Part shown: in pieces, positions 32,869 through 42,053 of the stretch
Layout of the letters: the number at the start of each line of letters is the position of its first letter
How positions within the stretch are numbered: the stretch's first letter is position 1
Assembly (NCBI GenBank): GCA_032718475.1
Contig: JAUCBJ010001433.1
Coordinates: 1 to 42,053 of the forward strand
Origin: Nemertoderma westbladi
Taxonomy: Eukaryota > Animalia > Xenacoelomorpha
Direction of reading: 5' to 3'
Length of the DNA: 42,053 nt
Program-made: the position numbers and the translations under genes
Notes under the pieces: generated by a model
Databases searched by the model: none
Told to the model about the DNA's origin: nothing
The model's input: the letters and a program-made list of their open reading frames with translations, nothing else

Positions 32869-34440
32869 CACGTTCGTGGGGCCTTCGCGCAGCACGAGGC
32901 CTAGTTATTATATACAAATTAAAATTGAGCGACTGTATCACAAAATCAGGTTTTGAGAAATTTACCCACACCACCAATCAATCAAAGAAAGGGGGACAGT
33001 ACGTGTTCACCCCTTTTAATCTCTCTCCCCCCCCCCCCCCCCCCCCCACCCTTCCCAACCACCAATACATAACCGCGACATCTTCCACCCACGGTAGGGT
33101 AGCACGAACTTATTTCCAATCGCACGTTAAATATGCAAAGCCAGGTGGTTTATAGGAATATAATAAACGCAGTACTCGTTTTCATTATAAGCCTCTTTGC
33201 GTTCGTCCTGTTTTGTATTTAAATATATTTCTTAAACGCAGGCTAGGACGATCTTTATAATAATAATAACTAGGGATGCGATTAATATGTGAAGCCAGGT
33301 GGTTTATATAATAATTTAGTCAACGCAGTACTCGTCTTCATTATATGCCTCGTTGCGCTCGTCGCTTGTCCTGTTTTGTCATAAAATATTTTTCCTAAAC
33401 GCAGACTGACGATCTTTATACAGTTATAACTATACGAAGTTTCGAAACTGTGCGAGTAACTGTTGATACATCTATGTGGAGATGTGGGATATGTGGAGAT
33501 GTGTGATACAACGCCAACGCATCTTATGCCGATGTATATGGGTATTGAAATAATATTAAATCAATGTACACTCTTAAAGCTGCAGCGAAAAAATGTAGCT
33601 AATTTCCTAGGTTACATATAAAATAATAATATTATTTTTAAGAACATTAATTTTACTACTTTGCAAAAATTCAATTAAAAAATAACCAGACATATACATT
33701 GTGGAATAAACTATTTCAGAAGCCTACAACAGCCATGCCATGGATTGTATTTATGTTATTATATCTGTTATTTAACTGAGATAGCAATAGTAGTAGTAGT
33801 CGAACGGTTATCCCGTCCAGCCTATAATAAACACAATTCAGTGATTGGGCTGGAATAGCAATACTGGTTGCCTCTATTACAATTCCTCTCAGGTTAGTCT
33901 ACAGCCACAACTCCCAGCAGCTAGCTCCACACCAGCAGAGACTTGACCAATAATGGGAAGGATTAAATTTGTACTCAATAATTGTGCGGTTTAATTACGT
34001 TTAGATCAATTAAAGACACATTTATTAAAGCAAATCACTTAAACTAATTAAAAACTATAATAGAATGGCGTATGGGGATTATATCTGTATAATTTTTAAG
34101 TATAATTATTTAAATCTTATACTGTAAAACAATTAATTTCCTTTAAAAGGCAGGTTGAAAATGGCGTTTTCACCGCAATCAACTTAATTAACTAATTAAC
34201 TGCTATTATCTTAGCTTCTCGAAGGCCACACGGAAATTCTACTTGGAAAATTTCTAAACTTTTGCCAAACAACATGTGTACCAAGTTTGGATAGATTTCA
34301 TCAAAGATTGGCCGAGTTATTAACGTTTAAAATTGAACACGACAGAACGACAGAACGACAGAACGACAGAACGACAGAACGACAGGTTGATTAATGGTAC
34401 CACTACGCTAAGGCTCACTCACTTCGTGGCTCGCCCCACA
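32869..34440 (-). mobile_element. Second HINE-like element with the same termini as 13461-15024
   Basis: 34421-34440 is the exact reverse complement of 13461-13480, and 32876-32896 of 14998-15018. (GACAGAAC)n microsatellite at 34341-34385; internal ~154-bp tandem duplication at 33138/33292. Confidence 0.65.
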
Positions 34441-34599
34441 ATTAAAAACAATTTAATTAAAAGGGAAAGCCGTGTCATTTAGGGAAAACGATAAGATTGT
34501 AAATATTAACCCTATTAGTACCGGGCTATAAAATGTTGTACAAATACCTACTGTACCTGGGGGTGGAGGTCATATTGACCATATAAACCGACACACCGA

Positions 34600-37179
34600 C
34601 AAAATAAATTGAACTATAGTATTTTACTATATTGCTTCCATAGTTGCTTCCATTAAAATTACTGTACTATTCAACTCCTGATGCTGCCTTACTCAATATT
34701 AAATCATTTAATAAGTAACAGTTGTAAGTAATATTTATTAAGTAACTAGAGAGTCGCTTATCAACATAAACCAATATTGGATATTGAGTTCTCCGTTATG
34801 GAGTAAGCCTTGCAGACACTAATAAAGTTGCAATAACTTTTGAATGCGTGAATGGATTTTACTAAAATTATTTGCAAACCTTTTCTACGTCAACTCTTTC
34901 AACACATGTAATAAAATTTAAGAATTTCCATCAAAAATATTTTATTTTACTTTTTTCACCGGGAAAAAAGTAAAAACAATGCAATCCTATAGGTTATCTT
35001 TTTTCCCAAGTGAAAAAAGTGCAACTTTTTCTGCCGATTTTGGTCTAAAAGGTGAGTGAAAAAGTAACAATTTAAGTTTAACTATCATTACTATCTGGTA
35101 TGTCAATTGAATACACCTTCTCTTTGTTTTGGTACCGAACTACTACTACTAGGATCGGCATGCTGCATTGGAGCCCCCTTTTTAAGAATGCTGTGCCGGC
35201 TTGTTGACTAAATTTCGCCGCCACAACTCCCTATCACCCATGACATTTGCTAGGTCATCCCCATCTTCAAAGCTAGTAGTGTCCTTCAAGATGCGTTTCA
35301 AGAAAGTCATGGGCTGTCCACTATGCTTATTCACTCCATGAGGCCTCCAAAGCACAAGATTATGCACTGGCTGGTCCTTGCGGCGAAAGTAATGTCCTGC
35401 AAAGCGGAGGCGGTTCCATTCAAGTGTCAAGCTAGGGGAGATTAATGGAACACCTCCAATGCTGTATAGAGTTTGGTTGGAGATGTGTTCATTGTGCTTG
35501 ACAGAGTGAACCCGGCGCAGCATTCTTTTGAAAGTACCATCCAGAGATTTGGTATCCTCTGCAGTTATATCCCAGCATGGACTCCCATATAAGAGTACTG
35601 GTACTACTGCTGCCATAAATAATCGAAACTTAAGGTTCCGTTTAAGGTACCGAACAATTAATACGCAGGCATAAAAATCAGAATAATAAATAAAAATTAG
35701 AGTAGGTACCCGACTAACTGAGAAATAATAACTAATAACAGTGTAATTATAGCTTTGTTAAATGGGCAATGTTGTTGTGGGACAATAATCTATATAACAC
35801 TACTCACTTGGTTAAAATCTATTAACAATCTATTGGAGCATTTGAAAATCATCTTAGACATGCTTTCCTAACAACTCAATTTTTTTGGAACGGAAAAATT
35901 AAAGGGAATTGCATTTTTTAACAATATGAATGCACATGTTTTTTCAATTACCGCTTATTGAAGCATAGACTCGCAATATGTAAGCCAATGTTCATATTTC
36001 CATCTGGAAAGCGGAGAAAACTGATCCCCAGGTACAAGAAACATGTTGACAACCCATTTCAAACAATCTGCTATCACATATTACCATTCTGAGATTAGGA
36101 GAGCCAATAATGTAACTTTGTAGCTTTTAATGTGTAGCTTTGTAGCCAATAATGTGCTTTGTAGTAACTGTATGTATCACTGTACGTCGGAGGACTTCAT
36201 TTGTGCTATTATTGTAATTCATATTGTCAATTGTTATAGAACCTGTATTGGATCTGGAATAAAACATGAAAAAAATAAAAATAAAAAATAAAATAATTGT
36301 AAAGTTGTTCCGAAACAACACTGAGCAGCAAAGGGTTAATTTAACTTACGATGCTATAAAAATTCACATTTTTCAGGTTTTCTGGTGCGCTGATTCTAAT
36401 CAAATATTTTTCTAAGTTGTCGGATCATTGCTACTCGTATTTTTCGGTGAAATATGGCAAATTTTGGTGCTGGCACCAAATTGCAAGTTTTACAAGAACA
36501 AGTACAACATCTACAAAAGTACAAGTTTGATATGTGCAGGGTTTATTTTTATTGATTCTATCGGATTCAGTACCCTCAAAAACCCGTATAACACAAGATA
36601 CAAGGTCACACATTCAATATATATATTTGAAGGTTTTCAAAATTTGGTGATAGCACCAAATTTTGCCCTCACTTCTAATATATTCTTATATTATATTCAC
36701 TCCAATATTTTTATTCTTAAATTGTAACCGTTTCGCTCGAATTTAGAACAAAATCGGGAGAAAATGTTGTATTTTTTTTCCTTTGGGAAAAAAAGTAACC
36801 CAAAGGATTGCGTTGATTTTACTTTTTTCCCGGCGAAAAAAGTAAAATAAAATGTTTTGACGGAATTTCTCAAATTTTATTAAATATGTTGAAAGAGCAT
36901 GGACGTAGAAATGGTTTGCAAGTAATTTGAGCAAAATCCATTCACGCACTCAAAAGTTATTGCAAATTTAGTGTCTGCAACGCGAACTCCAAAACGGAAC
37001 TCAATATCCAATGGTTTATGTAGTGAAGAGTCTCTCTAGTTACGTAACAAATATTCAAGAACACTAAATTATTTAATATTGAGTAAGGCAGCATCAGGAG
37101 TTGAAGAGTGCAGTAATTTGAATTGCAGTAACATGGAAGCAATATAGTAAAATACTATACTATATTTCAATTTATTTTG
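34600..37179. mobile_element. Long inverted repeat pair (34600-35075 / 36716-37179), possible foldback or long-TIR element
   Basis: About 470-bp diverged inverted copies, e.g. CAACTCCTGATGCTGCCTTACTCAATATT near 34672 and its reverse complement near 37075. No TSD recognised. Confidence 0.7.
35141..35645 (-). mobile_element. RTE LINE copy 2, 3' fragment with target-site duplication
   Basis: C-terminal ORF 'VLLYGSPCW...RLRFAGH...DRELWR', (TAG)n tail, TSD GGTACCGAAC at 35131-35140 and 35646-35655. Confidence 0.92.
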
Positions 37180-37250
37180 TACCACCATATATCGCTGTAC
37201 GTTTTATTAAAGAATTAAGCAACAAAAAAGTACCAATTTAAGAATAAAAT

Positions 37251-37393
37251 TACTTATTACGTGGGAAAAAAACGTAGAACACATATTTTTTCAACATTCA
37301 CTAGACCCTTTATTAACCTCGCTGACGCTCGGTAAATAAAATGCCTCGAGAATAATAAAAAAATGTTCTACTTTTTTTCCCATGTAATAAATA
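37251..37393. mobile_element. Short palindromic MITE-like element
   Basis: TTATTACGTGGGAAAAAAACGTAGAACA ... TGTTCTACTTTTTTTCCCATGTAATAA, with central CTCGCTGACGCTCG. Confidence 0.7.
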
Positions 37394-37673
37394 ATTATAT
37401 TTTACGTCAAAGTTTTTTTATTATTTATTTGATTAAAACTATATTTAATGTAGTAATAGTTGAAATCTATTTTTGTTAAATGTGCTGTTCAGCAAAATTA
37501 TTATTTTGACTGTATTTTTAATCTAAGCCCTTTTTGAACTCACCGCTTCAATTAGGTATGCAGTTAGGCTAGTACAACAGCCAGCAGAGTATCGAAAAAT
37601 TATTGTGAAAAAAATACCAATATTATTTTGTAAAAAATCAATAAAGTTTGTTCTCATGGTCATCTAAATGATT

Positions 37674-38130
37674 AACTAGAAAGCCAGCAAGCTGGCTTTA
37701 AACGAACCTGCCCCTCAAACCAGTAACGCAGTACCCTGAGTGAGCGAAAATGAAAACACGATAATTGCCTTCAACTCAACGATAGAAACACCAGCTGCTG
37801 GTACTCATGTGGGCCTAGTAAGCTACTACTATTTATTAAGTGGATAGCCCAAACTGCGGAGAAGTATATTACTTGCCAAATTGATTACTATCTCACTCTA
37901 ACCCTGTAACACAGACAGTAATCAAACATCAACTGTAAGTTTGTATAATGTATTACCCCACCAGATGAATACCTCTTCCCAGTGAATCCTATGACAATAG
38001 TCTATAAGGTTACTCACTGCTATGTTAGGTGGGAGGGAGTTGATGATAATGAATGAGGAGGGACACAACTAACACTACGTTTGTCTATATGGACGGTCTC
38101 CTTACAGCCAGCTGGCTGGCTTTTCTAGTT
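37674..38130. mobile_element. Element with ~24-bp terminal inverted repeats that contain a hairpin and CTAG
   Basis: AACTAGAAAGCCAGCAAGCTGGCT ... AGCCAGCTGGCTGGCTTTTCTAGTT. Confidence 0.65.
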
Positions 38131-38149
38131 GAATCATATTATTCCGCAA

Positions 38150-38580
38150 CTAAGTAATTTACTCTTTTAGACGAATTTGTGCGTTTTTTTGCCGGACTAA
38201 CAAATTTTGGCGACGTTCTGTGCGAGATTGGCGATATTTGAAAAGATTCTGAGGCTCAAATATGTTGCTCATATGACTGAATATCTCAAACAAAAAAGTT
38301 GGTGCCTACTCGACGAGTTCCTATCGGTGAAATTCGACTTTAAATTTTCAAAACCGCTATTCTTCAGTGACCCCGTGATCGAAACGCCACAAAAAATATA
38401 CAGTCACGTGCGCAACCAAAATTTATGGAGAGTTTGTTATTAAAATTTTTGCTTACCTGCTTGAGTTTTTGAGATATTGGATGGTTATACATACACACAC
38501 ACACAACCACATCGTGTTTTTAAATGGCTCAACTCCTGACAAGAACTACCCTGGCCTATTAATAGGCAGGTTCGTTATTA
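38150..38580 (-). mobile_element. Possible HINE-like element
   Basis: Near-palindrome CCTGGCCTATTAATAGGCAGG (~38550-38570) close to a TACA/CA microsatellite (~38487-38503). Boundaries uncertain. Confidence 0.35.
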
Positions 38581-39306
38581 CACAGAATTCAAGGTAGCAG
38601 TTATATACATGATCGATGGTTTAGGCCCGTTTCCGCGCTGATTTTTTCATGTGCGGTATTCGGATCTTTTTTTAGAGCTTTTTTCAAGCCTTTTATTGAG
38701 TTTTTTTCAAGCTTCTTTTTTAGCGTTTTTTTTTCAAGCTTGTTTTGCCTTTTCTAACGTTTTTTAGTTAATATGTAGATATAATATGAATGTTCTAGAA
38801 TTAGATCATTGGTTTCATTTTTAGTTGTTGTTTTCAAGTGAGATGGTTAGTAGCTATCCTACTTATTGAAAGTAATTTAATCCCCAAAATAGAATTATGC
38901 TCACTAAGAAGTGTGTCAAATTATTAACATGACTGTGGGTGAGCTAATCTCTAGTATAATTAGAAGCTAGTGGTGTATCATTAGCTACCGCTGTACCTCG
39001 AATTCCGAGACGTAAATGGTTGTACAAAAGTCACTATCATTCTCGTCAAGTCTGTTTCCATATTTCAAATGTTTCCAGAGAATCATTAAAATGCTAAATA
39101 GGCCTACTGTTGATATAACGATCTCATAAGATTTTAATACAAACATTGTTTTTTTCTAAAAAGATGTTCCAGAATAAAAATATTTGTTCTTTAACATTAT
39201 GTATTATAAACAAATAGCTAACATGTTCTAGAAAAGAAAAAAAGAAATTATCAAAAACTAATTATTATAAATAATTGGGTGGGGGTGTGCTCATTCTGTA
39301 GGCCTA

Positions 39307-41684
39307 CAGTCGCTATCTCATTCTAGATACCGTTTCTCAAACTGGGTACCTTTTCTCTTACCTCATCTTACTAACTCAAACCTGTCTGGTCTACTCAAAC
39401 CCAACTCAAACTCGCGTAACCACCCACTGTGCACTGTGTAGCATTCATACAACAAGCTGTCTGTGTTTAATGGCCCACTCGCTTCTGTTATACTCTGCCT
39501 ACGGGTACTTAATGGTCGCTCGCTGTTATAACATTCCCTTAACTTGATTTGTTTGTGTGTAATTAACTCCGGTAGACAGCGAGAATTAACTTGCAGATTC
39601 AGTGACTCAATTTCGCTAATGTATATTTCGCTAATGTTAAACGTTAATGTTTTACCAATGTTTAATTCTCTATTACATCGTCAACATAATTATTCGCAAT
39701 ACATCCGGGTGTGGGGTGGGTATACCGGCCAAAGGGGCCAGAGGAAACCTCTAATTATAGACAGGGCCATATTTATGGGAGGAGGGGGGGGGGGGGGGGG
39801 GGGGGGTGTACTAATAATTAATTAACCATTATATTTTTAAACTGATATGTATTGTAAGGCACTAATTGACATCAAACAGACAACAGAGCACCAATTTCCC
39901 CAACAATGTTCCAAGAATTAAAACTTTCTGCTACAAAGCAGACCAAGCCAGTGTGGTTTAGTTAACAACATTTTAGTAAAGCCCACAAAGGAACTGCTGA
40001 TTGACAGGTCAGGAGCCAAAGAGCAGAAAGAGGCCCCGCCCCTTCCCTATGTGGCCATGTGGTGTCTCACTCAACCAGAGTAATTATCCATCCCGTACAG
40101 GAAGAGTAATGCGAGTATGGCACAGTTGGAGGTCAACCTAATTCAAACCATGGCGCCAGACTCTAGTTTGAGTTAGATTGAGCTGGCTGCATCTTTCTGA
40201 TTTCTCAACTCTTACCCCAGTCTTACCTACTGAAATTCTCCTTGACTATCATTAGTATCGGTGTCAGGTCAGGTATTCTAGGTCATTGATCAATAAACTT
40301 GCCACCTACATGCAGCATAAAGGAGGTGCCACCTGTAGCTGCATAGACCCTCTCACTAGGGCAAATCTTGGTCCTGTAACTAGGACCCCCTCCGTCCTGG
40401 GATAAGGACGCCCTTGGTCCTGGATTAAGGACCCACATACTTGGCTGCAGGGGTATGTGGCCTTCTTCAAGGCCTTTGATTCAGTCTCTCGCTCACGTAT
40501 GTTCAGCATACTTTCATTATATGGGATTCCTGATGAAATTATTGCAGCAATCAGATCAGTATACGATGGTTTGACAACATTTGTGTCTACTGTTGACGGT
40601 GACACAGAACCATTTGAAGTGTTATGGGGCGTCCTCCAAGGAGACACACTTGCACCATTCTTGTTCATAATTGTTGTTGACTATGTTCTACGCATGTCCT
40701 TAGATCATCATAATGATGATGGGGTGATGATAACTCCACCTACTGGCTCCAGAAGTCGAGGAAATCCTGCCAAGTACCTAACTGATCTAGACTTTGCTGA
40801 TGACTTAGGAGTACTCTCAGAATCACTAGAGGCAGCCCAACGGCTCCTCAGCTCATTAGAACATGCTGCTTCTAGTGTTGGTCTTTTTATTAACTCCAGA
40901 AAGACCAAAATTTTGACAGTTAACTTTGAAAGTCCTCAGCAAGTCTCTGATCGGATGAGCATAAGCTCAAAAGATGGTATGCTTAAGCATGTGGACGACT
41001 CCTGTTACCTGGGATCATGGATCCGGAAGTCAGGTGAGGACATTCGAATACGTAAGGGAAAGGCATGGGCAGCATTGAATGGGCTTTCCAGGATTTGGAA
41101 GTCACCAAGAATTAATCGGACGCTTAAGGTCCGATTATTTAAGAGCAGCAGTAGTTCCAGTACTCCTCTATGGGAGTCCATGTTGGGCTCTAACTGCTGA
41201 GGACACCAAATCTCTGGATGGCACATTCACAAGAATGCAAGAGTTCATTGTGTCAAGTACAATGCACACATCTCCAACCAGACATTATATAACATTGGAG
41301 GTGTCTCATTGGTTCCCCCAAGCTGGACACTAGAACAAAATCGCCTCCGCTTTGCAGGACATTGCTTTCGCCGTGAGGACCAGCCAGTGCATAATCTTGT
41401 ACTTTGGCAGCCTCATGGAGTGAATAAGCATAGTGGACAGCACATGACTTTCTTGAGACGCATCTTAAAGGACACTGGCCTTGAAGATGCGGATGATCTA
41501 GCAAATGTCATGGGCGATAGGGAGTTGTGGCGGTGCAATTTTGTCGATACGCCGGCACAGCATTCTTAAAAATGCAGCTGCAATGCAGCATGCCGATCCT
41601 AGTAGTAGTAGTAGTATCATTAGTAAAAGGTTTGAGAAATGATACCCAGTTTGAGAAATTATATTCAGAATGAGATAGGGACTG
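39307..41684. mobile_element. Tc1/mariner-type non-autonomous DNA transposon (TA TSD)
   Basis: TA-CAGTCGCTATCTCATTCT...TTTCTCAAACTGGGTA at the left end and TACCCAGTTTGAGAAA...AGAATGAGATAGGGACTG-TA at the right end. Confidence 0.75.
40258..41614 (+). mobile_element. RTE LINE copy 3 with ~200-bp 5' leader and TSD
   Basis: RT fragment from ~40462 with frameshifts near 41140 and 41240, (TAG)n tail, and TSD TATCATTAGTA at 40247-40257 and 41615-41625. Confidence 0.9.
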
Positions 41685-42053
41685 TACCAGTACCAGTTTG
41701 TGTTTAAAATTAGAGATTAAATTAAATTTCTAGAACATTCATGTCATTCCAACACTAAATTATACCTAATATCGTAATATTTTCAAAATTCGACCCGGCT
41801 GTTTTTCATTCTATTTTCAAACTTTTTTGAGCTTTTTTACAAGCATTTTTATAAGCTTTTTTTGGAACTTTATTCTATATTTTAGGTTTTAACATTCCGA
41901 AATTCTCAGATTCATCTTGAAGCAATGAATTTCTAGAAATTGTTTTATCTAAAAAAAGCTTGAAATAAATCTCAAAAAAGCAGCGCGGAATCGAGCCTTT
42001 AGAGATAATAAGACTTACAGTTAATTAATTATTGATTAATCATTAACTATAAT

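Larger units (their letters stand above)
38624..41997. mobile_element. PIF/Harbinger-like non-autonomous element hosting nested insertions
   Basis: TIRs GGCCCGTTTCCGCGCTG ... CAGCGCGGAATCGAGCC; flanks TTA/TTT (imperfect 3-bp TSD). The superfamily is inferred from the termini only. Confidence 0.65.

Noticed and set aside
32474-37142. Short hydrophobic ORFs in AT-rich sequence
   Set aside because: Chance ORFs in repeats and MITEs, with no motifs or splice context.
40531-40545. CTGATGA hammerhead-like core
   Set aside because: Lies within LINE coding sequence (IPDEI) with no flanking stems.

Overview
Repeat-rich window from an animal (probably invertebrate) nuclear genome; no prokaryotic features, RNA genes or CRISPR array are supported. 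It holds a young BEL/Pao LTR retrotransposon (minus strand, 1-9067) inserted into an RTE-clade LINE, two more copies of that LINE, a degenerate Penelope-like element, several MITE and Helentron-associated (HINE-like) elements, a ~10 kb 26/28-bp hairpin satellite and a ~1.1 kb octamer-motif minisatellite. The most interesting signal lies between the repeats: four short plus-strand exon-like units (11461, 12731, 25668, 27998). Each follows a pyrimidine-rich ...ACAG acceptor, lacks its own ATG start and ends in a stop codon. Three are in the same splice phase, and the fourth joins them if a C23 run is corrected by one base. Two encode pipsqueak-type HTH domains and two encode a shared basic-helix motif. 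I infer an array of alternative terminal DNA-binding-domain exons like Drosophila mod(mdg4)/lola, with the shared upstream exon(s) outside the window; this needs transcript data. All calls come from reading the sequence; no searches were run.
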